A DNA stretch of 64,000 bases, from positions 1 to 64,000 of the forward strand of contig JASFYO010000082.1 in the NCBI GenBank assembly GCA_045047305.1. The letters are read 5' to 3'. How positions within the stretch are numbered: the first letter of the stretch is position 1; every line of letters starts with the position of its first letter. The DNA is from Planctomycetota bacterium (lineage in GTDB: Bacteria; Planctomycetota; UBA1135). A model generated the notes under the pieces. The model was not told the origin of the DNA. It was given only the letters and a program-made list of their open reading frames with translations, and did not search any database. Below, piece by piece: positions 8,690-19,134 of this stretch. A program made the translations under genes and the position numbers.

Positions 8690-11600
8690 GATGAAGGGAT
8701 TTCCTCAGCCGAGCTCCGGCTTCCAAAGCGGGAGTAGATGGCTGGTAGAACTAGTAATGTTAACAACGTGCAAGTGATGAGGCCACCAATCACTACGGTT
8801 GCGAGTGGACGTTGTACTTCTGCTCCGGCGCTAGTCGCCATCGCCATGGGGAGGAATCCTAATGAGGCAACTAAGGCCGTCATAAGTACTGGCCGGAGTC
8901 GGATTTGCGCAGCCTTTCGTGCAGCATCAAAGGCACTCATGCCCTGGGCTTGAAGCTGCACAATACTAGACACAAGAACGACACCATTTAGTACCGCCAC
9001 TCCGAAAAGCGCGATAAATCCGACTCCTGCTGAAATCGAGAATGGGTAGCCTCGAATCCAGAGGGCAAAGATTCCACCGGATGCAGCGAGTGGCACGTTA
9101 AGGAAAATCAGTAATCCCAGCCGTGCGCTGTTAAAGGTAGTGAATAGCAGCGCAAAAATTAGCAGCAATGAGAGTGGTACAAGCCACGCTAATCGCGCCG
9201 ATGCTTCGGCTAAGTTTTCAAACTGGCCACCCCAGTGAATCGTCCATCCTGGCGGGATCTGCACCTTATCCTTTACCGCTTGTTGCGCTTCCGCTACTGC
9301 CGAGGCTAGGTCGCGTCCGCGCACGTTTGCCTCCACTGCAATGCGTCGACTGATGTTATCGCGACTGATTTGTGCAGGTCCTTCCTCAACAACTATGTCG
9401 GCAACGAGGTCGAGCGGCACCATCCGTTCAGTTCCGTCTGGCGCGGTGCCACGGACGAGAATCGCGCGGATAGCCTCGGGTGAATCGCGTACTTCTTCAG
9501 GGTATCGCACCTGCAAGGCAAAGCTCTTTTGCCCTTCGAAAACGGTGCCAGCCTGTTTACCAGCTAAGGCTTCGATGACATCCAGAACATCGGTCGCGCG
9601 GACGCCGTAGCGGCCCAAGGCATCACGATTCACACGAATACGCAGGTTGGGTAAGCCAGTGACTTGCTCTACCTTCACTTCTTCCATGCCGTCGACATCG
9701 CGAATGGCAGCAGCGACTAGGTCACCAACCCGTTTGTGTTCAGCCATGGAGGAGGATCCACCATAGACAAGGATGCCGACATCGGATCGCACGCCACTGA
9801 TGAGTTCTGCCACACGTAGTTCGATGGGCTGGGAAAACGAGAACATCACCCCGGGTATGGCTTCGGTTAATCGCTTTTCCATGGCTGCAACTAGCTCGTC
9901 GGTGTTAGCAAAACGCCAAGTATCGCGCGGTTCCAGCATGAGGTAAGCGTCGGTTAATTCAACGCCCATTGGGTCGGTTGCGATTTCCGGACGTCCAGTA
10001 CGCGAGAAGATGGTGGTGATCTCTGGAAACTCATCCATGACCAACTTTTCAACACGTTGATTAATATTCAACGACTCCTCAAGCGAGATGCTCGGTAGGC
10101 GGCTGATTTGGATGGCCAAGGCCCCCTCGTCTAGACGCGGGATGAATTCGGCGCCCAGGCCTTTGATCAAAGTGGTTCCACCGACAAAGACTAAAACTGC
10201 AACGGTGGCAGTGATGCCCGGTCGGCGCATGACGCCACCAAGTGCCGGGAGGTAAAGCTTGCGGAAGAAGCGGAACAGGAGAGTGTCTTTCTCAGCACCT
10301 TTGCGCAAGATGAGAGATGCCATGGCGGGCATAAAAGTAAGTGCGCAAAGTAGAGATCCTGCCAAAGCAAACACCACCGTTTTCGCCATAGGCCCAAACA
10401 TCTTTCCTTCGATTCCTTGCAAAGCCAGAATCGGAATGTAAACAATCATGATGATGCCTACAGCAAAGACGACTGGTCGCGCAATCTCTAAGCACGCAGC
10501 ACGGATTTTTTCAATGTGCGGAGTCTTGTGATCGCCACTGCGTTCATGCAAACGGCGGAGAATGTTCTCAATCAAAACCACCGAGCCGTCGACTAGAAGT
10601 CCAAAGTCTAATGCTCCTAGGGACATTAAGTTGCCCGACACACCGGCCCATTTCATAGCCGTAAACGCAACCAGCATGGATAGGGGGATAGCCATCGCAA
10701 CAAGGATTCCCGCACGCAGATTCCCGAGGAGTAGAAGCAGGACCAGGATGACTAAAAGTCCACCCTCGGCCAGGTTCTTTGCAACGGTTGCAATCGTACG
10801 GTCGACTAAGTCATTTCGGTCGTAGATGGTTTCAATGGTGACACCATCCGGGAGAGTCGTGATGATCTCCTCAATTTTGGCATGAACATTGCTAGAGACT
10901 TCGCGTGAATTCGCTCCCATTAACATCATGACCACACCCATGACAGCTTCTCCGCGGCCATCACGAGATGCGGCACCTTGACGAATGACCGAACCATATT
11001 CAGGTGTGCCTATATCGCGGATATGAATAGCGACTCCACCCTCTCCTGTTTTTACTTCAATAGAGCCTAAATCCTCTAGGGATTCAATGAGAGCTTCTCC
11101 ACGAATCAAGAACTGTTCGCTTGCATGCACTAAATAGCCACCACCCACGTTGCGATTACTTCCCTCTAGCGCAGTTAGGATGTCACCAACGGCAACGCCG
11201 AGAGCATTCATCCGCTCGGGGTTTAGCGTGACTTGCCAAGTCTTTAGCATTCCACCATTGGAATTCACTTCCACAACCCCAGGAACGGATCGCAGTAGGT
11301 AGTTGATATTCCAATCGAGGATTGTGCGTAATTCCATGAGGGAATAATCCTCGCCACGCACTTCGAATTGATAAATCTCTCCGAGACCAGTACTAATCGG
11401 TCCCATTTCAGGTGTGCCATAGCCCGCAGGAATCATTTCTCTGGCATCGACGAGGCGTTCTGAAATGTTTTGGCGCGCCCAATAAATATCGGTGCCCTCT
11501 TCGAAAACCACCGTAACAGCGGAGAGCCCAAAACGGGTTACCGAGCGGATTTTTTCTACATTGGCAATACCACTCATCGAAGACTCCACCGGGAATGTAA

Positions 11601-11793
11601 TGAAGCGCTCGACTTCTTCCGGTGCGAGTCCCGGTGCATTGGTAAGCACCTGGACTTGAACATTTGTTACGTCAGGCACTGCGTCAATCGGCAGCGACAA
11701 CATGGAACGTAAGCCAAAAGATCCAATGACTAGCCACATTATGATGACTAGCAGGCGGTTATTCAGCGAAAAGTTAATGAGGCCTTGAATCAT
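8686..11793 (-). CDS. czcA: Heavy-metal efflux RND permease, CzcA-like (divalent cation type)
   Basis: LPIDAVPDVTNVQVQV, GNLMSLGALDFGLLVDGSVVLIEN, RLRPVLMTA, GAEVQRPLATVVIGG; lacks the CusA Met triad. Confidence 0.88.
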   Translation of the reverse strand: MIQGLINFSLNNRLLVIIMWLVIGSFGLRSMLSLPIDAVPDVTNVQVQVLTNAPGLAPEEVERFITFPVESSMSGIANVEKIRSVTRFGLSAVTVVFEEGTDIYWARQNISERLVDAREMIPAGYGTPEMGPISTGLGEIYQFEVRGEDYSLMELRTILDWNINYLLRSVPGVVEVNSNGGMLKTWQVTLNPERMNALGVAVGDILTALEGSNRNVGGGYLVHASEQFLIRGEALIESLEDLGSIEVKTGEGGVAIHIRDIGTPEYGSVIRQGAASRDGRGEAVMGVVMMLMGANSREVSSNVHAKIEEIITTLPDGVTIETIYDRNDLVDRTIATVAKNLAEGGLLVILVLLLLLGNLRAGILVAMAIPLSMLVAFTAMKWAGVSGNLMSLGALDFGLLVDGSVVLIENILRRLHERSGDHKTPHIEKIRAACLEIARPVVFAVGIIMIVYIPILALQGIEGKMFGPMAKTVVFALAGSLLCALTFMPAMASLILRKGAEKDTLLFRFFRKLYLPALGGVMRRPGITATVAVLVFVGGTTLIKGLGAEFIPRLDEGALAIQISRLPSISLEESLNINQRVEKLVMDEFPEITTIFSRTGRPEIATDPMGVELTDAYLMLEPRDTWRFANTDELVAAMEKRLTEAIPGVMFSFSQPIELRVAELISGVRSDVGILVYGGSSSMAEHKRVGDLVAAAIRDVDGMEEVKVEQVTGLPNLRIRVNRDALGRYGVRATDVLDVIEALAGKQAGTVFEGQKSFALQVRYPEEVRDSPEAIRAILVRGTAPDGTERMVPLDLVADIVVEEGPAQISRDNISRRIAVEANVRGRDLASAVAEAQQAVKDKVQIPPGWTIHWGGQFENLAEASARLAWLVPLSLLLIFALLFTTFNSARLGLLIFLNVPLAASGGIFALWIRGYPFSISAGVGFIALFGVAVLNGVVLVSSIVQLQAQGMSAFDAARKAAQIRLRPVLMTALVASLGFLPMAMATSAGAEVQRPLATVVIGGLITCTLLTLLVLPAIYSRFGSRSSAEEIPSS

Positions 11794-11802
11794 AGTTTTG
11801 TC

Positions 11803-13119
11803 CTAGTGATCGTGCCCGCCAATGGAGTCCATGTGAGACATAGACTTAAGAGTAAACATGCCTTCAATGACTACATTATCGCCAGCGCTTAGGCCTTTGA
11901 GTACTTCCACCTCGTCTTTGCTGCGCAAACCGGTTTCAATGAACCTTTGCCTCACGATACCTTGCTTGGTCATGGTGAAAACGTATTCTTCTTCCCCTTC
12001 CGTCAGTATGGAAGACGCAGGGATGGCGACATCGACGAAACGACGATTGGTCTCAATTTCTACGCTGCCAAACATCCCCGGTAAAAGGGGATGTGGTTCT
12101 GTTCGCCCTTCAAACGGACGATTCCTCACCTTAATTCGTGCTTTAACGCTGCGCGTGTCGTGGTCCAAGTCGTGGTGAATGTGGTCCACAATGCCTTCAA
12201 TCAGCATAGAAGGAAAGGCGTTGAAGCGGACCTTTGCAGGCGTCCCTTCGTTTAGGTAACGGAGTTGATTTTCAAACACGCTTGCTAACATCCAGACTTC
12301 TTCCATTCCTTGAATGAGAAAGAGTTGTGTTTGAGAATCCACGGCCTCTCCGGGAGTAATGTGACGTTCCAAAACGACTCCTTTGGATTGTGCGCTTAGA
12401 GAGAAAATCCCCATGGCTCCGGATATTGTAGTACTAATGCTTTTTTCCAGTCCCCATGACTCAATTTTGGTTCCAATGGCTTCCAGGGATATTTCCGATT
12501 TAGCAATAAGTTGTTCCAGTTCCAGTGCCCGGCGATCACGCCGAAGCTCTTCAACTTGCAAGGCAGCTTTTGCATCTGCCAATTGGCGAGATGTTCCAAA
12601 GCCTTCTCGTGATAGCTTTTCCTCGCGTTCGACGGCGTCTTCCGCGATGTTGACTCCACGCTGCAGCAGAACGAGTTCCTGTTTCTGCAGTTGAAGGAAA
12701 CTTTCCAGCTCTACTTGTGCAGAGCGCATATCAGCGACGGCCTGCGCCAAGGGAGCACTACGAATGGTGCACAATGGGTCTCCAATTTCCACTTCGTCAC
12801 CCAGGGCAGCTTGAATTTCGATGACCACCCCAGGCAAGGGGGAGTTCACATGAGTCTGGTTGTCTAGGTCTTGCTCCGCGACTGCGGAAAGAGTCATGCT
12901 GGTCACTAATGCTTTTGAAACAGCAGGAACGGTCTGGATGTTCGCCAGCAGCCGCTGCTCCGCGGTTAACTGAGCACCAGTTTGGAAGTTGAGCTCGTCC
13001 TTATGTTCTTCCGTTTCATTTGCCTGCTTCAGCTCTTCTTGGTTTTGCCCGCAAGCGACGAACAAAGCCAATAGCCCACAAAGGGGAAGAATAAATGTTT
13101 TGTTGTGATGGAGTTTCAT
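11803..13119 (-). CDS. RND periplasmic adaptor (MFP), CzcB-like
   Basis: Lipoprotein-like N-terminus (FVAC), lipoyl halves SPLPGVV/AQSKGVV, TRSVKARI, LLPGMF, GLSAGDNVVIEG; His-rich tail. Confidence 0.88.
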   Translation of the reverse strand: MKLHHNKTFILPLCGLLALFVACGQNQEELKQANETEEHKDELNFQTGAQLTAEQRLLANIQTVPAVSKALVTSMTLSAVAEQDLDNQTHVNSPLPGVVIEIQAALGDEVEIGDPLCTIRSAPLAQAVADMRSAQVELESFLQLQKQELVLLQRGVNIAEDAVEREEKLSREGFGTSRQLADAKAALQVEELRRDRRALELEQLIAKSEISLEAIGTKIESWGLEKSISTTISGAMGIFSLSAQSKGVVLERHITPGEAVDSQTQLFLIQGMEEVWMLASVFENQLRYLNEGTPAKVRFNAFPSMLIEGIVDHIHHDLDHDTRSVKARIKVRNRPFEGRTEPHPLLPGMFGSVEIETNRRFVDVAIPASSILTEGEEEYVFTMTKQGIVRQRFIETGLRSKDEVEVLKGLSAGDNVVIEGMFTLKSMSHMDSIGGHDH

Positions 13120-14411
13120 CGGTCAAGCGTGTTGGTTGGGGCCGGAAGGCCAAGGAACCAGGCGAGATCAGCCTGGGCGCGGAGTGCATTTGCGTGAACG
13201 GTTAAGGCTTCACGTTGGGCTGCAAGGAGTTGGTGCTGTACAAGCAATACATCGAGGAAGCTCAAGGCGCCCATTTCCTGGGCTTGTTGGCTCAATTGGA
13301 AACTTCGTTCCAATGCGGGAGTCGCGACATCGTGGATGGTGGTCCACTCTGCGGTTTGTCCTTCAGCATTTCGCAGGACCATCCACGCTTCATTGCGCAA
13401 TCCGGTAATGGAGGATTGCAAGCGCGAAGCAGCTTGGTCACGTGCTAAGGATGCGGTTCGAATCGCAACGGAATTGAATTTCCGAAATAAAGGAAGCCTC
13501 AAGGAGATTCCCGTTCCAATACCCAACAAGGGCCATTGTTGGGCGACTTCTAGACGGAGGGCAGCCTCTGCGATTTGGTACTCGGCTTGGCGGGCCTGAA
13601 TGTCAGGGCGTTGCTCTAAAGCCAAATCCACTAACTCTTCGGCATTGGAAACCTGTGGTATCGCCCAAGAACTTTCTAAAGTTTGAAGCGGCAATACCTG
13701 GTACTGCGTTTGCGGAGCAAGCCCCATGAGGCCATTTAATCGCACCCTTGCCATGTCCATCCTGCGTTCTTGAGCTTGCAGGTTGCGTAAGCTTTCTGCT
13801 TGCTGAAGTCGGGAAAATTCCAAATCAAAACGCGTTGCAGCACCTGACTCTACCCCCCCTTTCAAAAGCTGGGAGGTTTGTTTTGCTAAGTCAGAGGCTT
13901 GTTGAGCAAGTTGGAGCCCGTCTAGCGCTTCTGCAAGATCAAGGTATTGACGTTGCACCTGACGCGTCAAGCGCCATTCCGTTTCTAGTAACCGCGTGCG
14001 CACTAAATCGAGCGATGCCTCGGCATCGGCAAGTAGTGCGTCTCGTTCATCGGGGCGAAACAGTGGCAACATGATGGAGGCACCGGTTAGAGCATCATCG
14101 CTTGTGCCACCGACGACCCAATCCATGGCGCCCCAGCCAAGTTGTAAATCTGGCCATAGACCAGCTTCCATGAGCACGGAATCGGCAATGCCAACCGATT
14201 GCCGCATGGCTTGCAGGTCTGGATTATGCGCTAACGCTGTCAGTGTGGCGATTTGAGGAGTAAGTCCTTCGCTTGGAAGGGGGATGGCTGGTTGCGCGCG
14301 TAAATCTTGGAGTAAATCCACAGGCTCTAAGGGAGCCGGGGTGTAGCTGCTACAAGAAGCGAAGGAGCCAATGAGAAGAACGCGCGTGAGTGTTGGAATG
14401 GATCGCGCCAT
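13116..14411 (-). CDS. TolC-family outer membrane factor, CzcC-like
   Basis: Lipobox FASC after MARSIP start; ALAHNPDL and ALEQRPDI repeats; GALSFLDVL; first structural gene of OMF-MFP-RND operon. Confidence 0.85.
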   Translation of the reverse strand: MARSIPTLTRVLLIGSFASCSSYTPAPLEPVDLLQDLRAQPAIPLPSEGLTPQIATLTALAHNPDLQAMRQSVGIADSVLMEAGLWPDLQLGWGAMDWVVGGTSDDALTGASIMLPLFRPDERDALLADAEASLDLVRTRLLETEWRLTRQVQRQYLDLAEALDGLQLAQQASDLAKQTSQLLKGGVESGAATRFDLEFSRLQQAESLRNLQAQERRMDMARVRLNGLMGLAPQTQYQVLPLQTLESSWAIPQVSNAEELVDLALEQRPDIQARQAEYQIAEAALRLEVAQQWPLLGIGTGISLRLPLFRKFNSVAIRTASLARDQAASRLQSSITGLRNEAWMVLRNAEGQTAEWTTIHDVATPALERSFQLSQQAQEMGALSFLDVLLVQHQLLAAQREALTVHANALRAQADLAWFLGLPAPTNTLDR

Positions 14412-14502
14412 GATGAAATTTGTATTGAGTGTCTTGGCCATACGACACAACGGTCGCGCCAAAAGCGAGAATGGTTTACACAAGGGAGCTGAAAAGCTCG
14501 AC

Positions 14503-14967
14503 CTAACAGTTCATCACTACCGCATGTGCGGCATGGTGCTTAGCGAGCACGTCGGCATGCTCAAGCCAGGCAAGCGAAAGTTGTCCGTTTGCAGGAACAA
14601 GATGCGCTGGTGTACCTTCCACCAAGAGGTGGGACGGGATTGGTAACCCCAGAAGAGGCTCGGTGGGCAGATCAAAAGTGATCGAAATCCAATCTCTGCT
14701 TCCGCTGACTACAAGGGAAACGCCATAGTCAGAGCATGGGCAACTTTCTTCGTGCGCAAACTCGCACGCGTGCGAACTCGCCGAATCAGAACGCAGCAGC
14801 GCTAATTTACAGCCTTCATCGTCCTGTTCTTGCGTACTTGGCCGACAATCTCGGCTTGCAAGCTCTACGCTAACCCTGCCATCTTCTTCCAAACACAGCT
14901 GCATCACAGGCGAGGCCAGCTGCGCAATGAGCAGTAGGCTTGCAAGGACGAGGTGGGTTAGGCGCAT
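14503..14967 (-). CDS. Cys/His-rich exported hypothetical protein, leader of the Czc-type operon
   Basis: Signal-like N-terminus, LCLEEDGRVSVE, HACEFAHEESCPCSD, Pro-rich segment, C-terminus HHAAHAVVMNC. Confidence 0.6.
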   Translation of the reverse strand: MRLTHLVLASLLLIAQLASPVMQLCLEEDGRVSVELASRDCRPSTQEQDDEGCKLALLRSDSASSHACEFAHEESCPCSDYGVSLVVSGSRDWISITFDLPTEPLLGLPIPSHLLVEGTPAHLVPANGQLSLAWLEHADVLAKHHAAHAVVMNC

Positions 14968-15168
14968 GGGCACTGTAGGAATGCTACCAGTTAGGCAGTC
15001 GTTTGGTCAATGAGTACACATTTTCCCGCAGTGGAATCGGAATACTCCCGCAATCACTTTAGCGGAGGTCGGGGAGGGGGCGAGCTTGAATGAAGCAACC
15101 TCTGATTTCGTCTGAGCGAATCAGTTACCGAAATCTACTGGGGCTTGGAAAGCATATGTCAGCCAGTT

Positions 15169-17613
15169 TTAAGCAGAGAATTTACGTAGGCGTAAGGCGT
15201 TTCCCAGAACGAAAAGACTCGAAAACGCCATGGCGCCTGCAGCAAGTCCTGGTGAAAGCAGAGTGCCGCTTATGGGGTAAAGAACTCCTGCAGCAATCGG
15301 AATCAACGCGGTGTTGTACGCAAAAGCCCAGAAGAGATTTTGTTTGATATTACGCATGGTAGCCTTGGACAAAGCGATGGCTTTGGGAACTCCATCGAGC
15401 TTGCCAGACATGAGGACGACATCCGCTGCTTCCACTGCAACATCAGTTCCCGTGCCGATGGCTATTCCAACATCGGCAGCGGCAAGAGCAGGGGCGTCAT
15501 TGATGCCATCGCCAATAAAGGCTAGTTGTCCGTACTGCTTTTTGAGCCGATGCAGCGTTTCCACCTTCTCACCAGGCATCACTTGCGCTACGACTTCATC
15601 GATGTGTAGTTGTTGCGCAATCGCTTCGGCAGTGCGTTGATGATCTCCGGTAATCATGACCACCTTCAAGCCAAGGCGATGCAAGGCCTCGATGGCAGCA
15701 GGTGTCGTTGCTTTAATCGGATCGGAAACAGCAATGATGGCTGCAAGTGTTCCATCGATCGCAGCATAGAGTGGAGTTTTTCCTTCAGATCCGAGCCGTG
15801 CTTCTTCTGCACTAAAAGCGCCAAGATCTAATCCCAGTTGGCGCATAAAGCGATCTGCGCCGATTTCGATCAGCTTTCCTTGAACCGTTGCGCGAACACC
15901 CATGCCGGTGACGGACTCAAAGTCTTGAGTCTCATGCACTGCGCTCGCTTCCTCCTTAGCGGCATTCACCAAGGCCTTAGCAATCGGGTGTTCCGACTTG
16001 CCTTCCACAGAAGCAACCGCGGAAAGAATTTCCGCACGTTGAAAGCCCGGGGCTAAAACTAAATCAGTGAGCGCTGGTTTGCCTTCGGTCAGGGTTCCGG
16101 TTTTATCGAGCGCAACAATTTTGGTTTCCTGCAATGATTGCAAGGCCTCCCCTTTGCGAAACAGAACGCCCATTTCTGCCCCGCGTCCAGTTCCAACCAT
16201 GATGGAGGTGGGAGTCGCAAGTCCCATCGCGCAGGGGCAAGCCACAATTAAAACGGCAACGGCATTGACTAAACCGAAAGTGAGCGCTGGCTCAGGACCG
16301 AATAGTATCCACAGCAGGAAGGTGAGTGCGGCAAGTCCAGTGACTGCAGGGACGAAGCGCATGGTCACTCGATCGACCAGGGCCTGAATTGGGAGCTTGG
16401 CGCCTTGAGCGTGCTCCACCATGCGAATGATTTGGGCTAAGACGGTTTCGCCACCGACCGCGGTAGCACGCATGGTGAGGGCCCCGTTTTGGTTGATAGT
16501 TCCTCCGACCAATGCTGCATTCACCGATTTCTTTACCGGAATTGGTTCGCCGGTCACCATGGATTCATCTACGAAACTGGTACCTTCGATGACATCGCCA
16601 TCGACTGGGATACTTTCGCCGGGCCGGACCTGAAGCTCGTCGCCCGCTTGAACCTCACGGATAGGAGTGTCTACGAACTGACCATTGTGCAAAACCCGCG
16701 CTGTTTTTGGCTGCATTTTGACGAGGCGCTGAATAGCTTGGGAGGTACGCCCCTTTGCTTTGCTTTCAAAGAAACGACCCAGCAGGATTAAAGTCACAAT
16801 GACTGCGGCCGCTTCAAAATATACGTTCACGGTTCCTTCGGGTAGTATTCCAGGGGCGAGAGTCGCTACGACTGAAAATCCGTATGCCGCGCTAGTGCCG
16901 AGAACCACCAATGAATTCATGTCGGGGGTTAGGCGTAGGAGCGAAGGAACCCCTTTGATGAAAAAGCGTCGTCCTGGCCCGAAGAGAACAGCAGAAGTCA
17001 ATAATAATTGAATCCACCAGTTATTTTGGGTGCCTAGATTCTCTTCGAGGTAGTGGTGGAATGCAGGGAAGATATGCGCTCCCATTTCCAGGATGAATAC
17101 CGGCAAGGTTCCAATCGCAGCCAGCAGAAGGTCTCTTCTTAGGGAAGCCTGTTCTGTGTTTCGGTGCTCCTCTTTTGCTTCGCTTGCGCCGTCAAGATTG
17201 ATTTGCAATTCCGAGTCATAGCCAGCTTCTAGAATTGCATTTTGGATGGCTTCGCTTGAGACTTGAGCACTAGCTACAACCTGTGCACTTTCTGTGGCCA
17301 AATTCACAGCTGCGGATTCCACCCCTGGCACTTGCAGCAAGGAAGCTTCCACTCTACCCACACAGGATGCGCAGGTCATGCCTTGAATCTGAAACACCCG
17401 CGTCACGGGAGTGATGGAGTACCCCGCTTTCTCAACCGCATGATGCAGGGCTTGGATTGGAGTTTCTTGGGTGGTTACAACTTCGGCGCTTTCTGTGGCG
17501 AGATTCACTCGCGCTTCCAATACTCCAGAAACAGCCTTTAGCTCCTTTTCAATGTGTGCCACACAGGATGCACAAGTCATGCCTTGAATGGAAAGTTGGT
17601 GGGTTTTGTTCAT
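15169..17613 (-). CDS. copA: Cu(I)-transporting P1B-type ATPase
   Basis: Two GMTCASC HMA domains, [26 protein letters not shown] and MAFSS in the last helices. Confidence 0.95.
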   Translation of the reverse strand: MNKTHQLSIQGMTCASCVAHIEKELKAVSGVLEARVNLATESAEVVTTQETPIQALHHAVEKAGYSITPVTRVFQIQGMTCASCVGRVEASLLQVPGVESAAVNLATESAQVVASAQVSSEAIQNAILEAGYDSELQINLDGASEAKEEHRNTEQASLRRDLLLAAIGTLPVFILEMGAHIFPAFHHYLEENLGTQNNWWIQLLLTSAVLFGPGRRFFIKGVPSLLRLTPDMNSLVVLGTSAAYGFSVVATLAPGILPEGTVNVYFEAAAVIVTLILLGRFFESKAKGRTSQAIQRLVKMQPKTARVLHNGQFVDTPIREVQAGDELQVRPGESIPVDGDVIEGTSFVDESMVTGEPIPVKKSVNAALVGGTINQNGALTMRATAVGGETVLAQIIRMVEHAQGAKLPIQALVDRVTMRFVPAVTGLAALTFLLWILFGPEPALTFGLVNAVAVLIVACPCAMGLATPTSIMVGTGRGAEMGVLFRKGEALQSLQETKIVALDKTGTLTEGKPALTDLVLAPGFQRAEILSAVASVEGKSEHPIAKALVNAAKEEASAVHETQDFESVTGMGVRATVQGKLIEIGADRFMRQLGLDLGAFSAEEARLGSEGKTPLYAAIDGTLAAIIAVSDPIKATTPAAIEALHRLGLKVVMITGDHQRTAEAIAQQLHIDEVVAQVMPGEKVETLHRLKKQYGQLAFIGDGINDAPALAAADVGIAIGTGTDVAVEAADVVLMSGKLDGVPKAIALSKATMRNIKQNLFWAFAYNTALIPIAAGVLYPISGTLLSPGLAAGAMAFSSLFVLGNALRLRKFSA

Positions 17614-17628
17614 GGGAATGAGATTTGC

Positions 17629-18180
17629 TTAATGACTATGCATGTGCCCGCCGGAGGGATCTGCGGGTGCACTTTCTTCTGTTCCATGCTCATGCGAAGC
17701 ACCTTCTACGGATGCCGGGGATTCCTGCACTCCAAATCCATAGCGGTAGACCAAGGCTGCGCCGCGGTCGCTTCCAAAAATTAGAATGGCGGTGAGAGCC
17801 ACATGTCCAACGGCGAGGATCCAGCGGTTCACTAAGGTCTTCTTATTGGCGAAAGCTAGGACCAAAATGGATAGAGTCAATGCCAATCCTCCGACCCAAA
17901 GCATGATGTTCCGGTGCTCATGAACTAAATCATGGCCTGGTTTATCGTGCCCGAGTCCATCGGCAGCAAGGTAGCCAGCGAGAATCGCAACCGCAGCAGA
18001 CGCAGTGCCAGCCCAAAGCGCCCACCGTGCGGCCGGGGCAACCCATCCGTCTGGATGTTTCCAAGCTAAAAAGTGTAAGCAACAGGCCAGTGGTAATAAA
18101 ACTACCGGAAAGTGCACCACCAAAGGGTGGATATTAAGTGCACCATCAAGGCCGGGAAGTAAATTTGCGATCCAATTCAT
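17629..18180 (-). CDS. DUF2231-like His-containing membrane protein
   Basis: HPLVVHFP, AGYLA, LVHEH, GAALVYRYGFGV; His-rich tail; directly upstream of copA. Confidence 0.75.
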   Translation of the reverse strand: MNWIANLLPGLDGALNIHPLVVHFPVVLLPLACCLHFLAWKHPDGWVAPAARWALWAGTASAAVAILAGYLAADGLGHDKPGHDLVHEHRNIMLWVGGLALTLSILVLAFANKKTLVNRWILAVGHVALTAILIFGSDRGAALVYRYGFGVQESPASVEGASHEHGTEESAPADPSGGHMHSH

Positions 18181-18262
18181 GAATTAAAAACAGGGCTGGG
18201 ATTTAGCAGGGCGATTGGGTGACCATGAATAAAACACAGCCACCCGTTTCGGCAAAGATTAC

Positions 18263-19132
18263 TTAGTGATCGTGGTCGCCATGGCCATCATCGTGGCCGC
18301 CAGCGTGATCATCCTTATGAGTATCCATCTTCATTTCGATTCCTTGAGCTTTGTACCAATTAGGCAAGTACTTGTCTGGATTCAAAACGAACATCATGGC
18401 AGCTTTGTTGCTGCACAAGTAGTAACGCTTGGCGCCAAGAGTTACTGGGAACTCCTTGCTTCCGTTCATGCTGGGCATGACAGGGCACTTCATGCTCGCT
18501 GGCTCAAGTACCACCTTGTCCTTTTCGAGCTTTGCGAAGTAGCCAGCTGGATCAGCTTTCCATTTCTTTTCACAACCGGAGCAGCATTGGCCGACGGAAA
18601 AACCTTCAATGACAAAACTCGCTTCTGGATCAATGTCTCCACCTTTCACCGCGCACTTTTCTTGTGCGGTGCGGCCTTCCATGATATCCAAGTATTTGGC
18701 AGGGTCGGCCTTCACCTTTTTAGCGCATTTCTTGCAGCAGGTGTATATGGTCTTGTTGTAGACCTTGACGAAGGTGTCGTGATCCTCAAGCACTTCACCG
18801 GAAACCGGGCAAGTGGTTTGGATGTTTTCTAAAGCTACACCTTGGCTATAGAGTTCGAAGACAGCTTTCTCAGGGTTCGCTAAAGCTTTCTTTTTGCATT
18901 TCTTGCAGCACAAGTAAATGCGATGGCTTTCGTAGTCGACATAGTTATCTTTGTCTTCAAGCTCTTCGCCAGAAATTGGGCAAGTAGTTTGTGGGCTAAG
19001 AGTCGTCGGTACGGTGATTTGTTGCTTGGCCTTGGCGGCCATGTCTGCGGCATGTTCTTCATGTTCGCCGTGTTGAGCGAAAGCTGGAGTAGCCAGCAGA
19101 ATCGCAGAGAGAATGATTGAGAAAGGTTTCAT
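18263..19132 (-). CDS. Exported protein with four YHS/TRASH-like repeats (copy 2), His-rich termini
   Basis: Signal peptide (PAFA-Q); paralog of 7853-8689; tail HKDDHAGGHDDGHGDHDH. Confidence 0.8.
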   Translation of the reverse strand: MKPFSIILSAILLATPAFAQHGEHEEHAADMAAKAKQQITVPTTLSPQTTCPISGEELEDKDNYVDYESHRIYLCCKKCKKKALANPEKAVFELYSQGVALENIQTTCPVSGEVLEDHDTFVKVYNKTIYTCCKKCAKKVKADPAKYLDIMEGRTAQEKCAVKGGDIDPEASFVIEGFSVGQCCSGCEKKWKADPAGYFAKLEKDKVVLEPASMKCPVMPSMNGSKEFPVTLGAKRYYLCSNKAAMMFVLNPDKYLPNWYKAQGIEMKMDTHKDDHAGGHDDGHGDHDH

Positions 19133-19134
19133 GT

